Assembly (NCBI RefSeq): GCF_009834535.1
Contig: NC_045705.1
Location: 56,296,001-56,360,000 of the forward strand
Reading direction: 5' to 3'
DNA from: Camelus ferus
Taxonomy: Eukaryota
DNA: 64,000 nucleotides
Shown: positions 25,308 through 36,486 of the stretch, one piece after another
Numbering within the stretch: the first letter of the stretch is position 1
Layout: every line of letters begins with the position of its first letter
Translations under genes and position numbers: made by a program
Notes under the pieces: model-generated
What the model saw: only the letters and a program-made list of their open reading frames with translations
Told to the model about the DNA's origin: nothing
The model's database searches: none

Positions 25308-25518
25308 TTGTACTGTTCAATACAGTAGCTACTAGCTACGTGTGATGTTTAAATTTACATTTCAGTTAATTAAAATTAAACTTTAAAAATTCAGTTCCTT
25401 GGTTGCACTAGCCAAGTTTCAAGTGTTCAATAGCCACATGAAGCTCTTGGTTACAATATTAAACAACAGAGATTTGGAACATTTGCATCACTGAAGGAAT
25501 TTCTATTGGACAGAGCTG
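25308..25518 (-). mobile_element. MER3 (hAT-Charlie MITE), near full length
   Basis: ctgttcaatacagtagctactagctac...aaaaattcagttcct...tttcaagtgttcaatagccacatg...ttctattggacagagctg. Confidence 0.82.
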
Positions 25519-25572
25519 TATTTGATTATCTTTTCTAACTTGACTGTATTTGCACAGAAGTTGTAAACGCCA

Positions 25573-26505
25573 TTAGAAGCCAGTCCTGCCTCCACTGAAC
25601 ACTTGGGCAATTCGCTGCTGGATCTCCTTGGTCCTAACACTGTAGACAACAGGATTGAGCACAGGAGGTACCAGCAGGTAGATACTGGCCATGACCGTGT
25701 GTACTACTGGTGACAAATGCTTCTCCAAGCAGTGACTCAGAATCATGCCAATAAGAGGTACATAGAAGAGCAGCAATGCACAGATATGAGAGAGGCAGGT
25801 GTTGAGAGCTTTGAGTCTCTCTTGCCAGGAAGCAATGCCCAATACTGCCTGGAGGATTAGAAAGTAGAAACCAAAAGGATCAAGGCATCCAGTGCAATGA
25901 TGAAGATCACAGCCAGAGGGCATAGATGCTATTGATATAGGTGGAGGATGCTATTGATATGGGTGGAGGCAGTATGCATGGGAGAGGATGTTGGAGTGGC
26001 AGAAAGGTAGGCTTTTGATGAGGAAAGGCACTGAGAGCACAGCTCCCACACTCCACAGCAGGACGGCTGCTCCAATCTTGCTGATGACTCCATGAGTGAA
26101 AATGGTAGCACAATGCAGAAGAAAGTGAATATCCACAAAACAATCAAAGGCCATAGCCACCAGAACACCTGATTCCCAAAGGTGTGGGAAAAGAACATTT
26201 GAGTGGTGCAGGCATCAAGGGTTACTGAGCACCAGTTGAACCAGCGGACCCTGATCATGGTGGGCATGGAAGACGACGAAAGGCTGAGGTAAGTGGCAGC
26301 TAGCATAGCCAGAAAATAACACATGAGCTCATGGAAACTTCGCTCAACTTTGATGACAACAAGGATGATGACATTACCCAGAAATGTGAAACCAGTAAAG
26401 AAGACAGAGGAGCAAGGCCAACCAGAAGTCCTTCTCGGGCATTCCTGGAATCCCAGTCAGCATGCAGATCTAATGATTGTCAGCAGTTTGGTTGAATGGC
26501 AACAT
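25573..26505 (-). pseudogene. OR51H-family pseudogene (positionally OR51H2P-like)
   Basis: ATG at 26505 (MLPFNQT), in-frame TAG at 26472-26470 and several frameshifts. Recognisable pieces: LTGIPG, GNVIILVVIK, MAFDCF, LPFCHSNILSHAYCLH, ERLKALNTCLSHIC, PPVLNPVVYSVRTKEI. Stop TAA at 25573-25575. Confidence 0.93.
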
Positions 26506-26829
26506 AGTGGAGTGGAGGTTTGACTAGGGAAAAATAAAAACTCATTAAGTCAAACAGTTTCAATTAGAATCAGTGACAATAAGTATTGAGATGGTAACCA
26601 TAAGAAAGAGTGACTTAAACATTATTTTGACACATGTCAGTGTCTGATACAGAAACTGATGCCCCACCCCCATAAAGCAATAATTCTGTTACTGACAGTC
26701 ATATGGTAAAATGTCCAGGAGAATGGAAAAAAAAAAAAAAACCTTCAATCCCCTAAAAGGGATATAATTCATGTAGAAACATCAAGGAGTTAACTGTCTT
26801 GCCTCTGTGCTAAGGAAAAATTTGATGCT

Positions 26830-26941
26830 ATATAAAACAGAAACAGACTCACAGACTTAGAAAACAAACGTATGGTTACCAAGGGGAAAGGTGTGGGGGA
26901 GGGATAAATTGGGAGTATGGGATTTGCAGATACTAACTACT
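26830..26941 (+). mobile_element. Short L1 3'UTR fragment truncated at both ends
   Basis: aaaacagaaacagactcacagac...atggttaccaaggggaaagg...gggagggataaattgggag... is the reverse complement of 9260-9370. No poly(A) tail and no TSD seen. Confidence 0.8.
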
Positions 26942-27094
26942 GTTTACACTTACATTAATTAAACGAATTAAAATGTCAGTACCTTAGCTGCTGTAGCTGT
27001 GTTTCAAGTGTTCAATAGCTACATCAGGCTAGTGACTACTTCCCTGGAAAAATACAGATGTAGAACGTTTCCATTACTTCAGAAAATTCTATTG
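26942..27094 (-). mobile_element. MER3 partial copy
   Basis: ttaattaaa...tttcaagtgttcaatagctacat...gtagaacgtttccatt...aaattctattg; homologous to 25350-25510. Confidence 0.75.
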
Positions 27095-28522
27095 AAATTT
27101 AAAAATTTGGTCATGCAGACTGCAGATTATAGGATACCAACATTCTAGTGACCTCTTGACAAATCTTAGACCCAAGTGGATTTGAGGGTTTTTCACTTAT
27201 ATACTGTATAACTTCTGTTTCTCTTTACCAGTATGTCTTTGTCTCTCTTTTGGAAATTTGAATAGGAAAATAGCATTAAAACTGAACCCAGGAGAGTGAC
27301 CACCTGGGTTTGAATCCTAGCTCTATGACCTTGGACACGTTACTTAATTTCTATGCTTTATTCCTCACCTTTTTAAATAAAAATGAAAATAGTAGCTACC
27401 ATGGGATAGTTAAGAGTACTCATTAGAGATATTCATAGGGCATTTAGTTAAGCATCCGCCAAATAATAAACACAGTAAAGTTTAGCTATAATCAATGATC
27501 ATCTATTATCTATAAACTTTGTAATGTTTGGTTCACTGTGAAAATTCTCTCTCAAAATATTGATAGGCCATGAAATTTATTTACATACTGATAACTGTAA
27601 CTGCCTACCCATATATTACTTATATATTTTGATTAAATTCTATATTACCTAAATATCTCTATACATCAGTGAACACTAAATATCAGTGGCTTGCCAGTGG
27701 TAGTTGTTGTAGTGCTCAGGGTGGTGGTCTGTGCTCAGTGACTCAGCATGTAAACATGAATGTTTACTGTAAAAGATTTATTGGAAGAAGATCCTAGATA
27801 AATCAGAGATGAAAAAATGATATACTGGTAGGAGTCATGGGTAGTGAAAATCAGTAAGAGGATGAAAAGGGTACGGAACACTGATTCCAAAGAATTAAGA
27901 CCACAAAAGAAAGACTACACTGACTATCTGAAGAGCTTCATCTAAAGACCAAGACAGCTCTACCAGAATTCAAAGACGAGGATGGCAAAGGAGGCTCTTG
28001 ATTCCTTAAGAGGAGTGCTATCATGAACTCAGATGCACTCAGGAAAGGATTTTCACTTCTAAGTAATTTATTGATTAATAATTTTGCTGAATGCCTACTA
28101 AGTACTAGACGTGTTATGATAGTCAGAGGGTCAAAAGGAGCAACATTTTTCCTTCTAAGACCCTTAGCAAAGAACACATGGAAAATAAGATCAGAAAGAG
28201 GAATGAAATGTGTGCCTGGGGTAGAACACAGACATGCTTTACAGATGGGTCAGTATGTTCAGCTTGTATCCTCAGCTGGACTCGGGTTAACGCTGTCTCT
28301 GTCAATTCTAGTGACAGACAGTGCAGACCAAGCCTAAACTTTCCTCCCGGCAAAAAGACAGAAGCTCTGTGGCTTAAGAAGAGTGTGGAGGGATGGACGT
28401 GGAGGAAAAGAGGGCAGTGAGAGTCTTTCTCTTCTACCTGCTACAGAAATATCTGTCATTCAATGTTCTCTTCCACCCAGGCAGCCAGGTGGAAGGGCTA
28501 TTCTCTAAAGGACTGGCCTGAG

Positions 28523-29245
28523 CAATCTATGCTTTTTTTAAATTGAAGTATATTTGATTTACAGTGTGTGTTAGTTTAGGTATCTAGGATAGGATAGATG
28601 TATAGAAGAGTGATTAAGTTATACAATATATCCTTTTTCATTATAGGCCATTACAAGATACTGAATATAGTTCCCTGTTCTATACAGTAGACCTTGTTGT
28701 TTATCTATTTTATATATAGTAGTTAGTATCTGCAAATCCCAAACTCCTAATTTATACCTTTCCTCCCTTTCCCCTTTGGTAACCATAAGTTTGTTTTATA
28801 TGTCTATGAGTTTATTTCTTTTTCATAAATAAGTTCGTGTCATTTTTTTTAGATTACACAGAAAGTGATATCGTANNNNNNNNNNNNNNNNNNNNNNNNN
28901 NNNNNNNNNNNNNNNNNNNNNNNNNNNNNNNNNNNNNNNNNNNNNNNNNNNNNNNNNNNNNNNNNNNNNNNNNNNNNNNNNNNNNNNNNNNNNNNNNNNN
29001 NNNNNNNNNNNNNNNNNNNNNNNNNNNNNNNNNNNNNNNNNNNNNNNNNNNNNNNNNNNNNNNNNNNNNNNNNNNNNNNNNNNNNNNNNNNNNNNNNNNN
29101 NNNNNTTTTCAAATTAGAGTTCTCTCTAGATATATGCCCAGAAGTGGGATTTCTGGATCATATGGTAAGTCTATTTTTAGTTTTTTAAGGAATATCCATA
29201 CTGTTTTCCATAGTGTATGCACCAAGTTACTCAACCTATACTTTT
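28523..29245 (-). mobile_element. 5'-truncated LINE-1 with diverged TSD
   Basis: Same L1 3' end as at 9.1-9.7 kb. Candidate TSD caatctatgctttt (28523-28536) / caacctatactttt (29232-29245), followed by aa (TTTT/AA endonuclease site). Contains N gap 28876-29105. Confidence 0.88.
28876..29105. other. Assembly gap, 230 N
   Basis: N run inside an L1. Confidence 0.99.
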
Positions 29246-30499
29246 AAAGTGTCTTAGCTTCAGGCTGAAGCTGAGTTCTGGCTCCTTGGATTTGTCCTCT
29301 GTAGGAGCCATGGGCTAGTCTCTCACTTGGAGAAGGCATGTATTTGCTATTTGACTTGAGCTGGGACTTAGAAGGGAAGGGTAAAGTTTAAAGGGGCTTT
29401 TGTTGTTTCTCTAATTAGCCTTTGGTAAAATAACACACTCTTCACTTAATTCTCACAGCCACAATTAGAAGTGTTATTTCTATTTTAATTTAAAAAAAAG
29501 GAAGAAATGAAAAAAAAAAAACAATTCTTGCTGAGATTTCAGTGATTCTAGGCTTTTTATAGATACATAGAAATCACAAGCAGTAGCTTTATATGATGTC
29601 ATAGGTGGACAATGGAAGGGATAATGGGCAGACATTTTAAATGATTTTAGTCCTTTAATAATAAAAGCATGTACTATTTATTTAGTGCTTATTTATGTCA
29701 CAGGCTTTGCTTTTAGCCCCTTTACATATTCTACCTCATTAAATAATCGTGAAAACTTTATGAGGAAAGTACTGTTTATTATTGCCACTGTATTCATGAG
29801 TTAAAAAATAGGGTCAGATAAGTTAATTGACCCAAATTCCAAAACTGAAAGTGAGATTGAGGTGCTCTGATCATTGTATTTAAAAGTTCTATTTGTTCGT
29901 AAAGAAGAGGATTCACTTTTCAAATTCAAATTGCAGAACAAACAGCAAATTGGCCTCAACAGATCTGATCTCCTTCACTCCCACTACTCAATATTGATCT
30001 CTAAAGATTTTCTAAAAATGGCCCACACTACCATCCCCTCCATTCTGTGACCGCATCCTACAAAAAGCACTGCCCAGGTCTCAGGTTGTTCTCCAACTCA
30101 CCCAGATCTCAGTCTAAGAGATGAGAGCCATTTCTGATGCTGATAGCTACAGCAGTAGAGCCAGAGATTAAAAACCAGAAGCAGCTAGTCCAGAATTCCC
30201 TCCGGTGTGATCCTCTGGAGACAAGAGCATCAGTCTTGCTGGAGATGCTCCCAGAGCCAAAGACCATATAGATTCAGGCTTCTGGGCATATTGATTTTCT
30301 TTGTCTTGATCTCAAAGTTACCAGTTGTTTTCCCTAATGCAAATCTGAATCAATCTCAGTCCTACATGAATGGTACTTCACTAGCTATATCAAAATACAA
30401 ATATACTATACTGTCTAATCTTTGTCATTCTGTCTTTTAAAAAGAAGGAAAGAAGGAAGAGAGGAATAAGAAAAATGTAAAAGTAGAGCTCACTCTTAT

Positions 30500-31130
30500 T
30501 TCCATGTATTGTCTCATTCTTTCCTCTGCTTCACAGTAAACACTGTGGTCTGTGGTCCCTGTTCCCACTTTTTCCTATTCTGTCCTCAGTTCACTTCAGT
30601 GAGAGTTCTTTCCCACTCCACTGAAACTGTCTTCGCAGATGTCACCCATGGCCTGCTTATTGCTAAACCCAGTTTAATAATTGCTAAACACTCCTCATCT
30701 TACTCTCCTTTGCAGAAAAATTAAATACAGTAGAAAATAGCCTCCACATTGAGTTACATTCTTATCTGTGTGGTTTTTTTGTTTGTCTGTGTGTGTATGA
30801 CACCGTGATTTCCTCTGGCTTTAATTTCCACTCTTCAGTACCCTTGACAGTGTATCTCCTTCCTACATCACTAAATGCTGGTGTCCCTCTTATTTGATCT
30901 TTTCCCCTAAACTTTAATCTAGTTCCACTCTCCCACTGAGTGATATTGTCAAATCCCATTGTGCTAAATATTGTCTATACACTGATGACCTCCAAAAGTA
31001 TTTTTTCAGGCCTGAATTCTGCCTTGATCACCAGATCAACTTCCTACTTGATAATTTCACTTGGACTGAATGTTGAGTCAATAAGAAGTTTAATGGCTTT
31101 AAGATCAAACAGCTGAAAAATTAAAACTGT
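30500..31130 (+). mobile_element. L2 fragment
   Basis: ccactccactgaaactg...gtcacccatggcc...ttgctaaaccca; tatacactgatgacctccaaa. Confidence 0.6.
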
Positions 31131-34039
31131 GATTTCAAGCAAATTGTATCAGATTTCACACTCTACTCTTTCTGCTGAATTTTGTGCATCTTGGATCCGG
31201 AGAGGCAGACCCTTCATAAGGTAGAGCTCCAGCTAATAGGAACTTCTGTTTGTTAGAATAATCTGGGAGTCTGCTGGGTGAGGTTATGCTAAAGGAGCAT
31301 CAGATTCTATAGATATGAATGGGGCAAGTCCTGATGTCTTCAGGGGAGTCCTAGTCACCTGTCAAGCACTCAGATCAAACGTCTTGTGTATGCCTATTTT
31401 TGTCTCTAACAGCACTTCAGAGAGATGGGGGGGGGGGTCCGTTAAACACTCTCACAGATTAGAAACTTGTCGAGGGCAAAGATTTTGTCTTTTAACTTAT
31501 TACCTTTAATGGCCAGGGGTGCTTAAAGATAACTTCAATAAAATAAAAATAAAAGCTGATCTATAGAAATATATATATGTGCACATATATCTCACATATA
31601 GGATCATGTAAAACTAAAACTATACAGAAAATCATACATTTCTAGATACAGTCACACACTCATATTAGAAAATATATGGAAAAACTTATTATGAAACATT
31701 AGCCCTTAACATTTATGGTATAGATGGTCTCCTGTAAGTTGTAATATACACTTGGAAAGAAAATGGGTTTAAAATTAAAAATAGACAAACTTCTGCCATA
31801 CATTCTCTATTATGCCTGAAAAAAAAAATTAGAATTATTTATATTTGGCTTTTGTTTTCTGCTGTTAAAATGTAAATATGTCTATGAAGGAAAAGGCATA
31901 GGATCAAAAGGGGCATGAAGAGGTGGTGGAAAGGGTCTGTGGACATTTTGAGGACTGACTGCACAAAGGCACACACTGATGAGTAACCAATTATTTCTAT
32001 AATTTTAAGAATTACTTTGTTGATGAAGAAAATATCATTACAGAAAAATACACTAAAACAAATGAAAGAAATCATACTTTATATATTGGAATAAGAACCT
32101 AGGGAACCAAAGAAGTCCCCAAAATTCAAAGAACTCTGTCTTCTGGGTTCCTGACGGAGAGTCCAGGCAATACTTCGACCCATCCAAAACGGCAGTAGAC
32201 TTCAACCCTATTCCAATACAAATCACAACACTATGTTAGCACTGAGATTGAAACTGGCTTTGGAGTCAGAAGACCTAGGCCAAAACTGGGCTGCAATCCT
32301 AAGACTTGTTTAGTGATATAACATAAGGTGAAAAAAAAAAAAAAATATATATATATATAGTGTTTATGTGTGTGTGTGGTTTGGGAAAAGAAGCAGATCC
32401 TTTTGTCTTCAGTTTTGGCTGAGAGAATGCAAATAAATTCAAAATGAAGGAATATTTGAAATAAGTGTTGGTGGAAGAAAGGACAATTTGACAGATGAAG
32501 GAGTTTGGAATTCTTAGGGAAACTGGGATGAGATAGCCCAGGTGGCACCACATAACACACCTCAGGAGATTTCTCCAGGGGAATTGTGAGATTATGTGGA
32601 ATCACGATGGCTCAGACGCCACCCGAGAGTTTGAGAAGTCTTCATAAATGCTCTGTTTTTCTAGTCTCAGGAAGGAAAGGAGCCAAATCAATTCCAAACT
32701 GGAGCACAGAGGTTGATATAGGTAATAAATTAATCTTAAAGTCTTTTTACATGCCCTCCATGTAGCAAGCTCTGTGAAGGGTTATTTATGTACTGTATTT
32801 CATTAAATCCTCATAAAACTTCTAGTGAGAGAAATGATACAGGCAGATGAGAAGAGTCTATAGTGTCACGGGGTGGTGGGGAGGTACAGAAAAGATGGAA
32901 AAAAGTAAAATGTAGGTGTTGGTATTAGAGTATAAGAAGGCATATACTGCAGGGAAGGGTCTATTATGTACAAAAATTGACATGAAGATTGGATGGAAGA
33001 GTAAATGAGGTTTGAATTGGAGGCTAGAGGAGAGAGGGGACTGAAAATTCAGGGAGAATGGAAGAGAGATGGAGAATAGAGAGAGGAATGAGATTTCACA
33101 CACAAAAAAGGAGAGGGTGGGTAAAAGATATTCGGATAAAGAAAAACAGTCAAAAGCAGGAAAAAGAAATGGAAAAATATAAGAATCAACTATTTCCATA
33201 GAACAACAATGCTTCAGCAGGCCCTGGGAACTTAATCAAAGACTATCAGAGATTTTGAAAGTCTTTCCAAGGAAAACATCCAGTGGGGATGAGCCAACTG
33301 ATTATCCCCAAGTGAAAGCTATTGAGAAGAGGGACCAGCAGGACCTACCAGCTGAAGGGCTCTCACTTATCGTGTAAAGTATAAAAAAGTCCCTTCCTCA
33401 AAGTACTCCAGAGAGTTAGACTGGCAGCACAAAGTACTTTGTTTAGATTTGAGCATCATGATTTATTTAGAAAGACATCTGGATTCTGTTTGCAATAAAC
33501 AACACAACCTTTGTGAGTGGACTACACAATCTTTCAGATTCCTCTGTGTCTAACAGATCAGAATCTGCAAAATAACTTCTTTGTAGTGTTGTCTCCCAAA
33601 CAGCAAATTCTCCTCTCACAGCAGAGAAACAGTAGGCAGAATGAGTCCTGGAAGCCCACCTGCTCTTGTGCACCTGACAGCACCCCACCCCCTCATCCCC
33701 TACACCACATGGACTCAGGCGCCCAGAACTGCTCTTGAGGTGCTTCTTTTTCCTTTCTTACAACAGGTACCTAGGTGAGAACAAAGACACCATAATACCT
33801 TTCAAGGATCCCTCGTTTAGGTGTTTTTTTTTTTCTATGCCCTGTTAGAAAAAGAGATTTTTATCTAGGTTAATGATTTTCAAGCCACATGCAGAAAATC
33901 AAGGAGGAGCTTGAGGATTTGTAGAACTTCTAGAAAGAAGAAAGGTATTCAGTCATCCAAATTCATTTATTCTTTGTTTCATTCCTTCATTCAACGCATA
34001 TAGAAAAGCTTGTATATGCATGATTTATGGTCTACTAAG

Positions 34040-34760
34040 TGATGAACAGAAAATATTCCTTTCTTTCAGGGAGTTCAATTCTAGTAGGAGACAGAGAATT
34101 AAACATATGTGCAATGTTTAATTAAGTGTACTTACTTATAAGAAGGAAAAGCCCAGAATATGAAAAATGCATACTAACAAGGCAAACTATTATGGGCAAT
34201 TGGAAAAGACTTACTTGGGAAGGATAGATAGGCTTTGATTAGGCAAAGAGGAACTTGAGAGCAGGTGGAGAAAGGCATAAGGAACAGGGAAGAACACATG
34301 TGGAAGTCCCTTATCAATAAGTATCTTACTGAGATCCAGGAACTTAAACACTGCAAATTTGGCTGGATTGAAGAGACCAAAGGGGAAAGAAGTGTTATCA
34401 GTTGGTGCTAGAGAGGTAGACAGGGAATGAATTGTGCTATGCTTTGAAGGCTGATATAAGGATTTAGGACTCTGTTCTGGATATAACAGAATCTCTTAAA
34501 GGAGCTTTTGCTTGTGATGAATAAATCATATTCCACACTTCCAAAGTTTATTCTGACTGCTGAATGAAGAATTGTTGGAAAGGGGCATTTGTGAATGGAG
34601 GACGATCAGTTAGGGTGCCTGGAAGAAATGGGCTATTGCTGTTTATTGGCTATACAAAGGGAAGAAAGGTGATAATAATTTCATAAGTTTTGGAATCAGA
34701 TTTGAAATTGGTTAAGTGTTGGTTTGATGAAAGAAGAGCTTTTAAGAATAGTCCCAAGTT
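34040..34760 (-). mobile_element. L2 fragment
   Basis: tcattcattcaa start, ggagttcaattctagtagg, gaaggctgatataaggattt...gatcagttagg. Confidence 0.65.
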
Positions 34761-35535
34761 TCAGGGGGTTAGGAGACTCTCAAAATAAAACTCCTATTGA
34801 GTGGGTACTCTGATAGCTTACGTATGGTTGTTTCTGAGTCAATAACCTTTAATATTTGTCCCTTGCTGCTTTAAAATGAGGTTATGGAAAATTATAAATT
34901 ATCAAAATTTGTGAAGATTAAATATTAATTTGAACAGTTTTATCCACTAAGGTGTCTATTTACAAATATAGGTCATTATAAATACAGTGAGAAAGATACC
35001 TAGGCATGTGGAAGAATATACACATATATGTGTATTGAGAATATACATATATATATATACATACACACACATACACATGGATTTATGTGGATGTGAATTT
35101 GTGATGGAAATGACATTGTGTTTAGTGTGTGTGTGTGGTAATAGTATTGTGAATTCAGTGTTGTTTGATTATTTAAAATGCTCTATGCTATTAAGTCCTT
35201 GCATGTTGCTCCTTTCTGCCAAACCTCACCTGCTGTTAAAGGAGGAGATAATCAAATTTTCTACTATCTAAGCACGAGGTATTTAGTCTTACTTCCAGGT
35301 TTTCAGATAAACAAATTAAATTCAAGGGAAAGGACACCATCTAGTGTGATGATCTAAGAAGCAAAAAGAGTGTTGCAAAAACTTCTCAGACACTGATTTT
35401 AATGGAGTTCTCCCCTCTGCTATTCCACTTATATATTCATAAAACCATTTACCTATCTTGTATGAAAACATATTTTCAGTTTAGGAGCTGTGAGCTAAGT
35501 GGGAGAGTCCAGCCTCACCCGATGGTGAGAGCACC

Positions 35536-36486
35536 ATGATGAACTCTAATGCATCACATGCCAACCACCACAGTTTCATTTTGACAGGTATTCCAGGGAT
35601 GCCAGACAAAAACCCGTGGATGGCCTTCCCCCTAGGATTTCTCTACACCCTAACTCTCCTGGGAAATGGTACCATCCTAGCTGTCATCAAGGTAGATCAG
35701 AGTCTCCACGAGCCTATGTACTACTTCCTCTCTATCTTGGCTCTGACTGATGTTAGTCTCTCCATGTCCACCTTGCCCTCCATGCTCAGCATCTTCTGGT
35801 TTAATGCCCCTGAGATTCCCTTTGATGCATGCATCACTCAGATGTTCTTCATCCATGGTTTTGGAGTGGTAGAATCAGGAGTCTTAGTGTCCATGGCCTT
35901 CGACAGATTTGTGGCCATCCAAGACCCATTGCGCTATGCTTCCATCCTCACTCATGGCGTCATCGGCAAGATTGGAGTAGCTGTTCTCACCCAAGCAGTT
36001 TGTGTAGTCTTCCCTGTGCCCTTCCTCATAAAGCGGCTACCCTTCTGCCGTTCCAATGTCTTGTCTCATTCATACTGTCTCCACCAAGATGCAATGCGGC
36101 TAGCCTGTGCCAGCACCCGCATCAACAGCCTCTATGGCCTCATCATTGTCATCTTCACGTTGGGGCTTGATGCCCTGGTCATTCTCTTCTCTTACGTGCT
36201 CATCCTGAAGATTGTGCTGGGCATTGCGTCCAGAGTGGAAAGGCTCAAAGCCCTGAACACCTGCCTCTCTCACATCTGTGCTGTGCTCCTCTTCTATGTT
36301 CCTCTCATTGGTGTCACCATGATCCACAGATTTGGGAAGCATCTGTCACCAGTAGTGCACACACTCATGGCCAATATCTATCTGTTACTGCCCCCTGTGC
36401 TAAACCCCATTGTCTATAGTGTGAAGACCAAACAGATACGGAGGCGGATCATCCATGTGTTCCAGAGAAGAAAGAACAGAGCCTAG
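35536..36486 (+). CDS. OR51H1: Olfactory receptor OR51H1 (316 aa, intact)
   Basis: Kozak gcaccATG; sequon NAS; GIPGMPDKNPW, LHEPMYYFL, MAFDRFVAI, SHSYCLHQD, LAC, KALNTCLSH, HRFG, PPVLNPIVYSVKT. Matches human OR51H1 as recalled. Confidence 0.93.
   Translation: MMNSNASHANHHSFILTGIPGMPDKNPWMAFPLGFLYTLTLLGNGTILAVIKVDQSLHEPMYYFLSILALTDVSLSMSTLPSMLSIFWFNAPEIPFDACITQMFFIHGFGVVESGVLVSMAFDRFVAIQDPLRYASILTHGVIGKIGVAVLTQAVCVVFPVPFLIKRLPFCRSNVLSHSYCLHQDAMRLACASTRINSLYGLIIVIFTLGLDALVILFSYVLILKIVLGIASRVERLKALNTCLSHICAVLLFYVPLIGVTMIHRFGKHLSPVVHTLMANIYLLLPPVLNPIVYSVKTKQIRRRIIHVFQRRKNRA

Noticed and set aside
32535-32550. CTCF-like cccaggtggcac (also ccactagatagt near 4963)
   Set aside because: Only half of the core matches, and the context is CpG-poor.
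32950-33180. Purine-rich tract (also pyrimidine tract 22790-23000 and purine tract 46600-46690)
   Set aside because: Ordinary low-complexity mammalian sequence with no long mirror repeat evident.
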